Shown piece after piece: positions 18,587 to 29,125 of a stretch of 38,303 nucleotides of DNA. Each line of letters opens with the position of its first letter. Position 1 is the stretch's first letter. The position numbers were made by a program, and so were the translations under genes. The stretch comes from an uncultured Nitrospiraceae bacterium (GTDB lineage Bacteria > Nitrospirota > Thermodesulfovibrionia > Thermodesulfovibrionales > Dissulfurispiraceae): positions 1-38,303 of the forward strand of contig CAMTVO010000024.1 in the NCBI GenBank assembly GCA_947085205.1. Direction: 5' to 3'. The notes under the pieces are model-generated. The model ran no database searches. It was given only the letters and a program-made list of their open reading frames with translations, and was not told the origin of the DNA.

Positions 18587-18719
18587 GACGAACTCGTAAA
18601 AAGTCTTTTTTCAGGTCGTCATTCCCGAAGTCCTTAATCGGGAATCCAGTCTTTTCAAGTAGTTGTAACGTCTCTGGATACCCGCCTTCGCGGGTATGAC
18701 GACTTTTTACGAAGCTATC
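18587..18719. mobile_element. 133-bp MITE with imperfect TIRs, a 6-bp target-site duplication and an internal REP pair
   Basis: AGTGTT at 18581-18586 and 18720-18725; TIR cores TCGTAAAAAGTC / GACTTTTTACGA; REP hairpins at 18618-18647 and 18676-18700. Confidence 0.85.
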
Positions 18720-18748
18720 AGTGTTTAGTGAATAAATTCAGTTTTTAT

Positions 18749-18779
18749 CTATTCACTATGCACTATTTACTATTCACTG
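18749..18779. repeat. Degenerate (CTATTCA)x4 array that supplies the carB stop codon
   Basis: ctattca ctatgca ctattta ctattca; the stop TAG is 18770-18772. Confidence 0.8.
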
Positions 18780-21700
18780 CCTCTATGGTATTCTTGTATT
18801 GATTTAATGCTCAATTCTTTTTTCAACAGCATCTCGATGGCCTTAACAACAGCGCTCGCCCCGGAGATTGTCGTTGTATAAGGGATATTATACTGCAATG
18901 CGCTCCTTCTTATGGAGAAAGAATCCTTCTGAGCCTGAGCACCCGTAACCGTATTAATTATGAAGTTTACTTCCCTGTTTTTTATCATGTCAACAACATG
19001 GGGCCTTCCTTCCATAACCTTATTGATTAAATCTACATGAATCCCGTTTTCTTCAAGATATTGTTTGGTCCCCCTTGTCGCAATAATCTGGAAGCCCATC
19101 CCTGACAATTTCTTTGCAATCTCGAGCGTATAAGGCTTGTCTTTGTCTTTCACGCTTATGAATATTTTGCCTGATGTGGGTATCCTGTTTTTACTTGCAG
19201 CCTGAGCCTTTGCATAAGCAAGGCCGAAATCTTCATCTATACCCATTACTTCGCCTGTTGACTTCATCTCAGGACCGAGTATCACATCCACGCCCGGAAA
19301 TTTATCAAAAGGAAATACCGCCTCTTTAACAGCCACATGGCTTATCTCTATCTCCTTTGTGAGTCCAAGCTCTTTCAATGTCTTCCCGACTATCGCCTTT
19401 GCTGCAAGCTTTGCCAAGGGAACGCCTGTCGCCTTGCTCACATACGGAATAGTCCTTGATGCCCTCGGATTGACCTCTAAAACATATATATCATAATCTT
19501 GATTGCTGATTGCTGATTGCTGATTGCTGATTGCTGACTTGACTGCAAACTGGATATTCATCAAGCCTATGACATTAAGTTCCTTTGCAAGAGCCTTTGC
19601 ATGCCTTTTTATTTCATCCACTATGTCCGATGGCAGTGAATAAGGAGGAATGGAGCATGCCGAATCGCCGGAATGAATACCTGCTTCCTCTATATGCTGC
19701 ATCACCCCGCCAATAACAACATCCGCGCCGTCAGATATTGCATCCACATCCACCTCTATTGCGTCTTCAAGGTATTTATCTATGAGAATCGGATGTTCCG
19801 GTGATGCCTTAACCGCCCTCTTCATGTAGTCTATCAGGGATGTCTCATCATAAACTATCTCCATTGCCCTTCCGCCGAGGACATAAGAAGGTCTTACCAT
19901 CACAGGGCAGCCGATTTTATTTGCAACATTCACCGCCTCTTCGCATGACATTGCAGTGCCGCTGTCAGGCTGCTTTAGATTAAGCTTGTGAAGGAGTTCC
20001 TTAAACCTCTTCCTGTCTTCTGCCCTGTCGATTGAATCAGGGGATGTGCCCAAAATCTTCACGCCTTCTCTTTCAAGAGGCACGGCGAGTTTCAATGGAG
20101 TCTGGCCTCCGAACTGGACTATTACGCCTTCAGGCTTTTCCTTTTCGATAATGTTTAAAACATCCTCTATTGTTAAAGGCTCAAAATAAAGCCTGTCTGC
20201 TGTATCGTAATCCGTGCTGACGGTTTCCGGGTTGCAGTTGACCATTATGGTTTCATAGCCAAGTTCTTTCAAGGCAAAGACAGCGTGAACACAGCAGTAA
20301 TCGAACTCTATTCCCTGCCCTATCCTGTTAGGACCAGAACCCAAAATAACAACCTTCTTACGGTTGGTGGGATTTGATTCGCATTCAGTGCGGTAATGCG
20401 GTAGTGCGGTAGTGCGGCAGTCTTTTAAGGAAATATTTTCTGTCGCTCTGTCGCTCTGTCGCTCTATAACACTATAAAACGGTTTTTCATAAGTCGAATA
20501 CATATACGGCGTATATGCCTCGAACTCTGCGGCACAGGTATCAACTAATTTATAAACAGGCTTTAAACCTATGTCATTTCTCATCTGCCTTATCTCCGCT
20601 TCTGTTTTCCCGGTAAGCGCTGCAATCCTTTTGTCAGAGAAACCATACTCCTTCGCCTGCCTTAAAATGTGTTGGAAGTCTGAATGTTCATAATTTTTTT
20701 CTGTCGCACTGTCGCACTGTCGCACTGTCGCACTTATCCTATCTTCCATCTCCACAATCTGTTTTATATTATTTAAAAACCACAGGTCTACCCATGAGAG
20801 ATCATAGATTTCATCTATGCTCATGCCCTGTCTAAGTCCCTGTGCTATATACCATATCCTTTCTGCATTCGGTGTCTTTAATTTGCCTTTTATATCATCG
20901 ATAGTTGTTTCATGCGGCTCAAATCCTGCAGAGCCTATCTCAAGGCTCCTTAATGCCTTTTGCAGAGATTCCTTGAATGTCCTTCCTATAGACATGACCT
21001 CGCCGACAGACTTCATCTGTGTTGTCAATGTAAAATCCGCCTCGGGGAATTTCTCGAAAGTAAACCTCGGGATTTTAGTCACCACATAGTCTATTGTCGG
21101 CTCAAATGATGCTGGCGTTTCCCTTGTTATGTCGTTCCTTATCTCATCAAGGGTATAGCCGACTGCAAGTTTTGCTGCAATCTTTGCTATGGGGAAGCCT
21201 GTTGCCTTGCTGGCAAGGGCAGAGCTTCTGGATACCCTCGGATTCATCTCTATCACAACCATCATGCCGTCTCTTGGATTTAAGGCAAATTGGATATTTG
21301 AACCGCCAGTATCAACACCAATTTCTCTTATAACAGCAATTGCCGCATCACGCATCCTCTGATATTCCTTGTCAGTTAAGGTCTGAGCAGGAGCAACTGT
21401 AATAGAATCGCCTGTATGGACACCCATAGGGTCAAAGTTCTCTATGGAGCAGATGATTACAACATTATCCTTCATGTCGCGCATCACCTCTAACTCGTAT
21501 TCCTTCCAACCCAGCACAGACTCTTCAACAAGAACCTGACTTGTAGGACTCAGCTTTAATCCCTTATCGAGGAGTTCACTGTATTCTTCGATATTGTAGG
21601 CAATGCCTCCCCCAGTGCCTCCGAGGGTAAAGGCGGGTCTGAGTATTGCAGGAAAGCCTATGTGTTCAATTATTTCGAGGCCGTCCTTAATACTGGTAAT

Positions 21701-22144
21701 TGCCGCGCTCTTGGGGACATCGAGTCCTATCTTTCTCATCGCCTCTTTAAAAAGCTCCCTGTCCTCAGCCTTTTTTATAGCAGGCAGTTTTGCGCCTATA
21801 AGCTCAACGCCGTATTTATCAAGGACCCCGGCTTCGGATAATTCAACAGCAAGGTTTAATGCGGTTTGCCCTCCCATTGTCGGCAGAATGGCATCAGGTC
21901 TTTCTTTTTTTATAATCAATTCTAAAATCTCTGCGGATAACGGCTCGATATAGGTTGAGTCGGCAATCTCCGGGTCTGTCATGATTGTTGCTGGATTTGA
22001 GTTCACAAGCACTATCTTATAGCCTTCCTCACGGAGGGCCTTGCACGCCTGTGTCCCTGAGTAGTCAAATTCGCAGGCCTGTCCGATAACGATAGGGCCT
22101 GAGCCAATCAAAAGTATCTTCTTAATATCAGTCCTTTTCGGCAT
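18770..22144 (-). CDS. carB: Carbamoyl-phosphate synthase large subunit
   Basis: [11 protein letters not shown]...[10 protein letters not shown], two ATP-grasp halves and an MGS domain; three repeat-derived insertions. Confidence 0.98.
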   Translation of the reverse strand: MPKRTDIKKILLIGSGPIVIGQACEFDYSGTQACKALREEGYKIVLVNSNPATIMTDPEIADSTYIEPLSAEILELIIKKERPDAILPTMGGQTALNLAVELSEAGVLDKYGVELIGAKLPAIKKAEDRELFKEAMRKIGLDVPKSAAITSIKDGLEIIEHIGFPAILRPAFTLGGTGGGIAYNIEEYSELLDKGLKLSPTSQVLVEESVLGWKEYELEVMRDMKDNVVIICSIENFDPMGVHTGDSITVAPAQTLTDKEYQRMRDAAIAVIREIGVDTGGSNIQFALNPRDGMMVVIEMNPRVSRSSALASKATGFPIAKIAAKLAVGYTLDEIRNDITRETPASFEPTIDYVVTKIPRFTFEKFPEADFTLTTQMKSVGEVMSIGRTFKESLQKALRSLEIGSAGFEPHETTIDDIKGKLKTPNAERIWYIAQGLRQGMSIDEIYDLSWVDLWFLNNIKQIVEMEDRISATVRQCDSATEKNYEHSDFQHILRQAKEYGFSDKRIAALTGKTEAEIRQMRNDIGLKPVYKLVDTCAAEFEAYTPYMYSTYEKPFYSVIERQSDRATENISLKDCRTTALPHYRTECESNPTNRKKVVILGSGPNRIGQGIEFDYCCVHAVFALKELGYETIMVNCNPETVSTDYDTADRLYFEPLTIEDVLNIIEKEKPEGVIVQFGGQTPLKLAVPLEREGVKILGTSPDSIDRAEDRKRFKELLHKLNLKQPDSGTAMSCEEAVNVANKIGCPVMVRPSYVLGGRAMEIVYDETSLIDYMKRAVKASPEHPILIDKYLEDAIEVDVDAISDGADVVIGGVMQHIEEAGIHSGDSACSIPPYSLPSDIVDEIKRHAKALAKELNVIGLMNIQFAVKSAISNQQSAISNQDYDIYVLEVNPRASRTIPYVSKATGVPLAKLAAKAIVGKTLKELGLTKEIEISHVAVKEAVFPFDKFPGVDVILGPEMKSTGEVMGIDEDFGLAYAKAQAASKNRIPTSGKIFISVKDKDKPYTLEIAKKLSGMGFQIIATRGTKQYLEENGIHVDLINKVMEGRPHVVDMIKNREVNFIINTVTGAQAQKDSFSIRRSALQYNIPYTTTISGASAVVKAIEMLLKKELSIKSIQEYHRGSE
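19500..19534. repeat. In-frame (TGATTGC)x5 in carB
   Basis: Perfect repeat; encodes [13 protein letters not shown]. Confidence 0.95.
20387..20465. repeat. In-frame two-armed 8-bp element in carB: (AGTGCGGY)x4, spacer, (CTGTCGCT)x3
   Basis: Encodes [26 protein letters not shown]. Confidence 0.92.
20701..20732. repeat. In-frame (CTGTCGCA)x4 in carB
   Basis: Perfect repeat; encodes [11 protein letters not shown]. Confidence 0.95.
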
Positions 22145-22183
22145 TCTTACCTCTCTATAAAATTTTTTATTTTTGTCGCAAAT

Positions 22184-22711
22184 TTATTGCCTAAAATAAA
22201 CCATCCTGCTTCCGCCTAAATGAAGGGGGATCCCTGCCTTCTCGCTCCACAAACCTTTCTTCATGTATTTATCATCAGCATAAGCAGAAAGCACCTTGCC
22301 GAAAAATCCATAACACTCTCCTGCATCCACAGCCTTCCACAATTTGCATTCAATATACCCCGCACAGCCATCAATTATCGGAGCTTTCAATGACTTAGCC
22401 ATATTTTGTTTGAGCTTTGCTTTAGCAAATTTATCGGTATCCCTTCCTGAGGTTTTCCCGCAAATCCATAAGGCCTTCAGCATTTCCTTTGTTGGAATAT
22501 TTATCGCAAACTCCCTTGTCTGTCTGATTAACTCTGCTGAATAGCTCTCCTTTGCAACACAGACAACAACAATGGGCGGCTCCTCGCTCACAGGCGTTGC
22601 CCATGCACATGCCATGACATTTGGCTTTCCATTCTTGCTTATACTGGTAAGGAAAAACGCCATCTTTGGATGAAGGAGATGGTAGATGTCTGATTTTATT
22701 TCCTTCAACAT
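22184..22711 (-). CDS. Flavin reductase-like FMN-binding protein
   Basis: PNVMACAW, EFAINIP and CGKTSGRDTDKF motifs. Confidence 0.88.
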   Translation of the reverse strand: MLKEIKSDIYHLLHPKMAFFLTSISKNGKPNVMACAWATPVSEEPPIVVVCVAKESYSAELIRQTREFAINIPTKEMLKALWICGKTSGRDTDKFAKAKLKQNMAKSLKAPIIDGCAGYIECKLWKAVDAGECYGFFGKVLSAYADDKYMKKGLWSEKAGIPLHLGGSRMVYFRQ

Positions 22712-23838
22712 TTTGCCTCCATCATCTCCCTGAATCTTTTAAATAAATGCGTTGAGTCATTTGGACCGGGCCCGGCCTCCGGATGGTGTTGGACAGAGAA
22801 TATAGGCAGTTCTACATGCTCCATACCTTCTTCCGAGCCGTCAAAGAGATTTCCATGCGTGAGCCTCACCTTTCCGCCAAGACTGTTTATGTCAACACAA
22901 TAATTATGATTCTGCGAAGTTATCTCTACCCTTCCTGTCTTTAAATCCTTTACAGGATGGTTGCCTCCGTGATGGCCGAATTTAAGCTTATACGTCCTTC
23001 CTCCCATTGCGAGACCTAAGATTTGATGGCCGAGACATATTCCGAAGATGGGCTTTTTGCCAATGAGTTTCTTTGTATTTTCGATGGCATAGGTTACTGT
23101 CTCAGGGTCGCCGGGGCCATTGCTCAAGAGTATTCCATCAGTGTTCATTTCAAGCACAGCTTCGGCAGGCGTTTGAGCGGGGACAACGCTCACATTAAAA
23201 CCTGCCTCCACAAGATTTCTCAGGATATTGAACTTTACTCCAAAATCATAAACAACAACCTTAGCCATTCCTTCATATCTGTCGCTCTGTCGCTCTGTCG
23301 CTCGAATTCCCCACTTCCAACATCCCTCTTTCCACTCATAGGGCTTTCTCGTGGTTATATCTTTTACAAGATCAATTGCTGATATACCAGGATGTCTCCT
23401 CACCTTTTCAAGAAGGCTTTCAGGATTTAAATCTATTGTCGAAATTATGCCCATTTGTGCGCCGTGATTCCTCAGATGCCTTGTCAATGCCCTTGTATCA
23501 ATACCCTCGATACCCACTATTTTGTTATCTTTGAGATACTCACCCAATGACATATTAGAGCGCCAGTTGCTCGGAAAATCAAGGTATTCCTTGACGACAA
23601 ATCCTTCAACCTTCGGCCCGCCCGAGGATTCAATATCTTCGACATTAACACCGTAATTGCCCATCTGGGTATATGTCATTGTTACAATCTGACCTTTATA
23701 CGACGGGTCTGTGAGTATCTCCTGATAGCCGGTCATGGAGGTATTAAAGACCACCTCGCCGGTAGTCTCGCCTTCAGAGCCGAAGCTCCTGCCTTCGAAA
23801 ACTGTACCGTCTGACAATACAAGCAATGCCTTACTCAT
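22705..23838 (-). CDS. carA: Carbamoyl-phosphate synthase small subunit
   Basis: FNTSMTGYQE.LTDPSY, SNGPGDP, GICLGHQ and HPEAGPGP motifs. Confidence 0.98.
   Translation of the reverse strand: MSKALLVLSDGTVFEGRSFGSEGETTGEVVFNTSMTGYQEILTDPSYKGQIVTMTYTQMGNYGVNVEDIESSGGPKVEGFVVKEYLDFPSNWRSNMSLGEYLKDNKIVGIEGIDTRALTRHLRNHGAQMGIISTIDLNPESLLEKVRRHPGISAIDLVKDITTRKPYEWKEGCWKWGIRATERQSDRYEGMAKVVVYDFGVKFNILRNLVEAGFNVSVVPAQTPAEAVLEMNTDGILLSNGPGDPETVTYAIENTKKLIGKKPIFGICLGHQILGLAMGGRTYKLKFGHHGGNHPVKDLKTGRVEITSQNHNYCVDINSLGGKVRLTHGNLFDGSEEGMEHVELPIFSVQHHPEAGPGPNDSTHLFKRFREMMEAKC
23279..23302. repeat. In-frame (CTGTCGCT)x3 in the carA interdomain linker
   Basis: 24 bp; encodes RATERQSDR. Confidence 0.93.
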
Positions 23839-23858
23839 TTATCCTCCATCTAATCTTA

Positions 23859-25181
23859 TCAATCAAAAATCTTACCTTTGCATATTGTTATCACAGGCAT
23901 ACCTTTCAGGTTCCATCCCTCAAACGGCGTATTTTTACCCTTTGATAAGAACCTTTCCGATTCAACCTTAAAATCTTTATTTATATCCACTATCACGACA
24001 TCTGCATCAGAGCCTGCCTTCAATGTACCTGTATTTAAGCCGAGAATCTTTGAAGGATTAATCGTCATCTTTTCGACAAGCTGCGGCATTGTCAGAGTAC
24101 CGTCCCTGACAAGCTGGAGGCTGAGGCTTAAAGCTGTCTCAAAGCCGGATATTCCTGAAGGCGCATTGTCGAATTCCTGAAGCTTTTCGTCCCTGTGATG
24201 CGGCGCATGGTCGGTAGTTATAACATCTATTGTGCCGTCCCTCAACCCTTCCTTTATTGCCTCAACATCCCTTTGTATCCTCAAAGGCGGATTGACCTTT
24301 GCATTGGTATTGTAGTCTCTCACTGCATCCTCTGTGATTGCAAAGTAATGAGGGCACGTCTCTGCCGTTACATTTACGCCCCTCTCCTTTGCCTGTCTGA
24401 TAACTCTAACAGAGCCTTCTGTCGAGACATGGGCAATATGAAGCCTTCCGCCGGTATGCTCTGCAAGGATAACGTCCCGTGCGACCATCACGTCTTCGGA
24501 AGCCGAAGGAATGCCCTTTAAACCCATCTGCGCAGAAAGCCTTCCTTCATTCATCGAGCCGCCTTCCGCAAGGCTTATGTCTTCGCAATGGGAAATAATC
24601 GGCACATTAAATGTCTTTGAATATTCCAATGCCCTTCTCATTATAAGGCTGTTTATGACAGGCCAACCGTCGTCTGAAAATGCAATGCAGCCTGCGCCAA
24701 TCATCATTCCGAATTCGGCAAGCTCTCCGCCTTTCTGCCCTTTTGTTATTGCGCCGATAGGATAAACAGAACATACCCCCTCTTCCAGAGCCTTTTTAAC
24801 AATAAATCCGGTTACAACCGCATTATCATTTACAGGATTAGTATTTGGCATGCAGCATACGGATGTAATGCCTCCCCTCACAGCAGCCATAGTGCCAGTC
24901 TTGATTGTCTCTTTGTATTCAAATCCCGGCTCCCTAAGATGTGTATGCATGTCAACAAGGCCCGGCAATACATATAAGCCTGTTGCATCAATAGTGCGGC
25001 AGTGCGGCAGTGCGGCAGTGCGATAGTTTTTTAAAGAATTATCTTTTTCCTTATTGACTGTCGCTCTATCGCTCTGTCGCACTATTTTGACTATCTTCCC
25101 ATCCTCTATAAGAACATCTCCGAGGCCGTCAATCTTCTGAGAGGGGTCTATTATGTGTCCATTCTTAATTAATATATTCAC
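23859..25181 (-). CDS. pyrC: Dihydroorotase
   Basis: PGLVDMHTHLREPG, MPNTNP, KVNPPLR and TDHAPH motifs. Confidence 0.97.
   Translation of the reverse strand: MNILIKNGHIIDPSQKIDGLGDVLIEDGKIVKIVRQSDRATVNKEKDNSLKNYRTAALPHCRTIDATGLYVLPGLVDMHTHLREPGFEYKETIKTGTMAAVRGGITSVCCMPNTNPVNDNAVVTGFIVKKALEEGVCSVYPIGAITKGQKGGELAEFGMMIGAGCIAFSDDGWPVINSLIMRRALEYSKTFNVPIISHCEDISLAEGGSMNEGRLSAQMGLKGIPSASEDVMVARDVILAEHTGGRLHIAHVSTEGSVRVIRQAKERGVNVTAETCPHYFAITEDAVRDYNTNAKVNPPLRIQRDVEAIKEGLRDGTIDVITTDHAPHHRDEKLQEFDNAPSGISGFETALSLSLQLVRDGTLTMPQLVEKMTINPSKILGLNTGTLKAGSDADVVIVDINKDFKVESERFLSKGKNTPFEGWNLKGMPVITICKGKIFD
24993..25083. repeat. In-frame two-armed 8-bp element in pyrC: (AGTGCGGC)x3-4, spacer, (CTRTCGCW)x3
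   Basis: Encodes VRQSDRATVNKEKDNSLKNYRTAALPHCRT; same design as the carB copy. Confidence 0.92.
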
Positions 25182-25185
25182 GCCG

Positions 25186-26094
25186 TTACTCCCTCACTCC
25201 TGCCAGCAGATACATAACAGCCATTCTCACGGCAAGACCGTTTGTCACCTGCTCAAGGATTATGGACTGTCCTGAGTCTGCAACATCAGAGCTTATCTCA
25301 ATCCCTCTGTTCATAGGCCCGGGATGCATTACAATAGCATCTTTTTTCGCAAACTTAAGCCTCTTCATGTCCAGTCCCCAGTTCTTAAAATACTCCAGAG
25401 TGGAAGGGAAAAATCCCTTGCCCTGCCTTTCCATCTGAATCCTGAGCATCATTATTACATCAACATCCTTAAGCCCTTTGTCCATATCGTAAAAGACTTC
25501 TACATTATAGTCAGACATATCGGGAATAAGCGTCGGAGGGCCTATAAGCCTGACATTTGCGCCGAACTTCGAAAAGAGATATATATTAGATTTTGCCACC
25601 CTGCTGTGAAGGATGTCTCCGACTATCGCAATCTTAAGCCCGCTGAGACTTCCCTTCTTTTCGACGATACTGAAGGCATCCAGCAATGCCTGCGTAGGAT
25701 GCTCGTTTATGCCGTCTCCTGCATTTATAACGGACGCATCAACATTCTTTGCAATAAAGTGCGGCACCCCGCTGGAGGAATGTCTTATCACAATAAAATC
25801 TACGCCATATGCCTCGATGGTCTTGACCGTATCAAAGAGGCTTTCGCCTTTAACCACACTGCTCGTCGGCACAGAGAAATTCAGCACATCTGTGCTAAGC
25901 CTCTTTTCCGCCAGTTCAAAAGATGTCTTTGTCCTTGTTGAAGGCTCAAAAAAGAGATTCACAACAGTCTTTCCGCGCAAGGCAGGAACCTTTTTAATAT
26001 CCCTCTTTAAGACGTCCCTGAATGATGAGGCTGTGTTGAGTATTAACTCAATATCGTCCTTGGATAGCTCTTTGATTCCGACTAAATCCTTCAT
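25186..26094 (-). CDS. pyrB: Aspartate carbamoyltransferase catalytic subunit
   Basis: [18 protein letters not shown] and MHPGP motifs. Confidence 0.98.
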   Translation of the reverse strand: MKDLVGIKELSKDDIELILNTASSFRDVLKRDIKKVPALRGKTVVNLFFEPSTRTKTSFELAEKRLSTDVLNFSVPTSSVVKGESLFDTVKTIEAYGVDFIVIRHSSSGVPHFIAKNVDASVINAGDGINEHPTQALLDAFSIVEKKGSLSGLKIAIVGDILHSRVAKSNIYLFSKFGANVRLIGPPTLIPDMSDYNVEVFYDMDKGLKDVDVIMMLRIQMERQGKGFFPSTLEYFKNWGLDMKRLKFAKKDAIVMHPGPMNRGIEISSDVADSGQSIILEQVTNGLAVRMAVMYLLAGVRE

Positions 26095-26633
26095 TCCTTT
26101 GTCTGTAACACCACTTTGTCTTCAAACCCTTCTTCCTCAAGCTGAACCTCGATGCTCTCTATGCTTGAGGTAGGAATATTCTTACCGACATAATCAGCCC
26201 TTATGGGCAATTCCCTGTGTCCCCTGTCGACAAGCACAGCAAGCTGTATCTGGGCAGGTCTTCCGAAATCCATGAGTGCATCCATTGCCGCCCTTATGGA
26301 ACGGCCTGTAAAAAGCACATCATCCACAAGTACTACTTTTTTATCCGTTATATCGCAGGGCATCTCTGTCTTTCTGACAACGGGCTGCTCTTTTCTTATG
26401 CCAATGTCATCCCTGTAAAGGGATATATCAAGGGAGCCTACTATAATATCAGCATTCTCTATGTCTTTTATTTTTACGGCAAGCCTTTTTGCAAGATGCA
26501 CCCCTCCGCGCTGTATTCCTACAAGGCAGAGGTTTTCAGTGCCCTTGTTCTTTTCGATGATCTCATGGGCTATCCTCGAAAGTATCCTTTCGATATCCTT
26601 TTTATTAAGAAGTTCTTTATTCATTTTAGACAT
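26091..26633 (-). CDS. pyrR: Pyr operon attenuation regulator / UPRTase
   Basis: [26 protein letters not shown] and DRGHRELPI motifs. Start moved to ATG 26633 (or 26624) because the upstream extension is the attenuator. Confidence 0.95.
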   Translation of the reverse strand: MSKMNKELLNKKDIERILSRIAHEIIEKNKGTENLCLVGIQRGGVHLAKRLAVKIKDIENADIIVGSLDISLYRDDIGIRKEQPVVRKTEMPCDITDKKVVLVDDVLFTGRSIRAAMDALMDFGRPAQIQLAVLVDRGHRELPIRADYVGKNIPTSSIESIEVQLEEEGFEDKVVLQTKE

Positions 26634-26667
26634 AAAAAAAAGCCTTCCCCTGTCTTCAGAGGAAGGC
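26634..26667 (-). terminator. Attenuator terminator in the pyrR leader
   Basis: GCCTTCCTCTG-AAGA-CAGGGGAAGGC followed by a U8 tract. Confidence 0.85.
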
Positions 26668-26702
26668 ATATATTATTGAATATTTGTTTCAAGCGATCTC
26701 CT

Positions 26703-26735
26703 ACCTTTTAGCCTCACAGAGCTATCATTAAAGGT
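26703..26735 (-). promoter_or_regulatory. PyrR-binding stem-loop
   Basis: ACCTTTAATGATAGCTCTGTGAGGCTAAAAGGT resembles the UUUAA / ARUCCNGNGAGGYU consensus; TTGACA...TG-g-TTTAAT promoter just upstream. Confidence 0.8.
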
Positions 26736-26786
26736 AATACTATTAAACCATAAATTATTTTATATTGTCAAAAATAATTTTGAGGT

Positions 26787-27362
26787 CTATTTATCGCTGA
26801 GATTTGTAGAGCATTTAATAGAATCGAAGGCATAAAGAATCCTTTTTTCCTTTTCCGCCCTCTCTTGCGGATAGGGAGGGAATGCGTTCTCTTTGACGAT
26901 TTTCATTGCATCTTTTTTTGACGGTATTGATTCAAGACCTTCTGCTATTAGTTTGCCTTCGGAAACATCCAGTATCCTTGCATGTTCGCTGTCTGTAACG
27001 ATTGCATAGGGTATCTGGTATGATTCAACAACACGTCCGAAGGCTACAGAGTGTCTTTCCCATGATTCAAGGGAGCTCATCACGCATTTTATAATGCAAA
27101 AGACCCTTCCTTCTATTTTAAAGACAATATCCGCCCTTGCATTAAAAGAGGACTCAGGCAGAACTACAGTAAAGTCTTTGTTTGCCTCGATTTCATCGCT
27201 GGTATAACCTTTTGAGGAAATCAGGAAATCGATAACCCTTCTCTGAACTTGGGTCAGTTCGAGACTGGAGAAAAATTCTTCCATTGCCACCCTTTTGGCA
27301 AGCAGCTCTTGCCGCTCTTCAGGGCTTGTGGGGATTTTGCCTAATGAAATGTAAGTTGACAT
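26787..27362 (-). CDS. Standalone type I restriction HsdR N-terminal-like domain protein
   Basis: FLISSKGY, RADIV...IIKC and YAIVTD pattern. Confidence 0.7.
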   Translation of the reverse strand: MSTYISLGKIPTSPEERQELLAKRVAMEEFFSSLELTQVQRRVIDFLISSKGYTSDEIEANKDFTVVLPESSFNARADIVFKIEGRVFCIIKCVMSSLESWERHSVAFGRVVESYQIPYAIVTDSEHARILDVSEGKLIAEGLESIPSKKDAMKIVKENAFPPYPQERAEKEKRILYAFDSIKCSTNLSDK

Positions 27363-27365
27363 TAT

Positions 27366-27914
27366 TCATTTCACTCCCTCTTTCAGGGTAAGTCCGTATT
27401 TTTGGTGCTCAAAAGGATGTGTTGCAGGGAACTTTGAAAAGAGCCATCCCTTGAATATGCTCTTGCCATCCTCAAAAACCTCAAGCCTTACAGCGGGGTT
27501 GTTAGGCATATCGCTTGCAGACGTGATTGTTGATTCATCCATTCTGAAGTCCGGCAAAAATTCGCTTGCGACTATTTTCAGCTTAGTATTCGGAACCTTT
27601 AATTCAGAGCCAACATTGACAGTATATTCGCTGCTTTTCTTTGATGCCTTGTCCTCAAATACAAATTTCACTTTGTTCCATTTTGCTTTAACATCAGCAG
27701 GTACAACAATCTTCTTTTCTGCCTTAGTCCCCGCATTGCCATGAGGAGACATGGGTGTCTGCATAGGTGTAGACATAGGAGCCTGCATCGGCGCCGACAT
27801 GGGCTGCTGCTGCGCAGGCGTCTTGGGAACTGGCTGTTCTTCCTTCTTTTTACAGCCGAAGGCTATCATGGACAAAGCAAGTCCGACAACAATGGTCATA
27901 CCAAATCTTCTCAT
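27366..27914 (-). CDS. Lipoprotein (DUF2155-like)
   Basis: Lipobox AFGC, Pro/Met-rich linker, FLPDF, FKGWLF..FP..HPFEH. Confidence 0.75.
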   Translation of the reverse strand: MRRFGMTIVVGLALSMIAFGCKKKEEQPVPKTPAQQQPMSAPMQAPMSTPMQTPMSPHGNAGTKAEKKIVVPADVKAKWNKVKFVFEDKASKKSSEYTVNVGSELKVPNTKLKIVASEFLPDFRMDESTITSASDMPNNPAVRLEVFEDGKSIFKGWLFSKFPATHPFEHQKYGLTLKEGVK

Positions 27915-28025
27915 CTGATGATCCTCCTTTATTTAGTTATATGAGTTGCGAGCTAAAGACTCCTGAAACTTTTAATCCTTAACTCCTTAATTTTCTATTC
28001 ACTATTCGCTTATCACTGTCATTAA

Positions 28026-28118
28026 TGGCGGAGAGGCAGGGATTCGAACCCTGGGTGAGGTGTTACCCCCACAACCGCTTAGCAGGCGGCTGCCTTCGAC
28101 CGACTCGGCCACCTCTCC
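28026..28118 (-). tRNA. tRNA-Ser(GCT)
   Basis: GGAGAGG...GCCGC-CT-GCT-AA-GCGGT, long variable arm, GTTCGAATC, encoded GCCA end. Confidence 0.96.
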
Positions 28119-28226
28119 AAAAATTTTAACTATCATATCAACTCGGATACGAAATTGTAAAGCAATGCTTGCCTTTTTGCTCAAATGTGATACACTTAAT
28201 TTAGAAGACCACTCAGGAGGTGTACA

Positions 28227-29111
28227 ATGAAGATATTGCTTGCAACAGACGGCTCTGAATACTCAGAGGGCGCCGCAAAATTTTTAGCGCAGTTAGTCTT
28301 CTCGCCGGAAGATGAAATCACAGTCCTTCATGTTATATCGGAAGTTCCATTCAAAGACGACAGGGAATCGTATCACGCAAAACTCAAACAGATAAAACAG
28401 GAAATAGCGCCTAAGATACTGGATTCAACAATCAATAACCTGAAACCCCTTAATGTAAAAATCAGTACGGCGTTGATGGACGGTTATCCTGACAAAGCCA
28501 TTGTGAATGCAGCGGTGGATTACAATATGGATTTGATTGTCATGGGAGCGAGGGGATTGAAAGGAATAAGGTCTCTTTTAATAGGCAGCGTAACAAGGTC
28601 TGTATCCATCAACTCTCAAAAGCCTGTGCTTGTAGTTAAACCGCTTCAGCGGGAAACAACCGGGGCATTAAAAATCATCTATGCAGCGGATGGCTCAACG
28701 TATTCAACAGATACAGGAAGACTTCTGGCATCAATTCCTTTTCCAAAAAATGCGGAAATTACAATACTTAACGTAATACCATCGGCGCACATGGATATTC
28801 CCGAAAGGTACTGGATGGAGGTGGATGAGAAAATCAAAAACGAGATTGCAAAGATACGGGAAAAGGAATTCGGGGTATCGGATAAGATAATCGACGATGC
28901 ACGGGAGATGTTGAGGGACAGATTTTCAGACATAAAGGTATCCATAAAATTCGGCGATCCGTCTCTTGAGATACTTAATGAAGCTGAGAGTTTAAAGGCC
29001 GACATTATTGCGGTGGGCAGCAGCGGAATGAGGGGTGTAAAGGGAATGTTAGGAAGCGTGTCCAGAAGCATACTCGGACACTCGGAATGCTCTGTATTGA
29101 TAGGGAAATAG
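28227..29111 (+). CDS. Universal stress protein (two USP domains)
   Basis: ILLATDGS, MGARG...LIGSV and a second VGSSG...LGSVS. Confidence 0.94.
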   Translation: MKILLATDGSEYSEGAAKFLAQLVFSPEDEITVLHVISEVPFKDDRESYHAKLKQIKQEIAPKILDSTINNLKPLNVKISTALMDGYPDKAIVNAAVDYNMDLIVMGARGLKGIRSLLIGSVTRSVSINSQKPVLVVKPLQRETTGALKIIYAADGSTYSTDTGRLLASIPFPKNAEITILNVIPSAHMDIPERYWMEVDEKIKNEIAKIREKEFGVSDKIIDDAREMLRDRFSDIKVSIKFGDPSLEILNEAESLKADIIAVGSSGMRGVKGMLGSVSRSILGHSECSVLIGK

Positions 29112-29125
29112 TATATAATGAATAG

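Noticed and set aside
20387..25083. Inteins or self-splicing introns as the explanation for the insertions
   Set aside because: The inserts are only 8-30 aa, with no C/S...HN intein termini or group I/II structure.
26787..27362. Type I restriction-modification or defence system
   Set aside because: Only a lone HsdR N-terminal-like domain; no hsdM/hsdS or helicase in the window.
27745..27815. 12-bp periodic PMSA/PMQA/PMST/PMQT repeats in the lipoprotein
   Set aside because: Codon-phased, degenerate low-complexity linker typical of lipoproteins; distinct from the 7/8-bp arrays.
28026..28118. tRNA-Ser as an island integration site
   Set aside because: No duplicated tRNA 3' end or adjacent integrase is visible, and the flanking genes look chromosomal.
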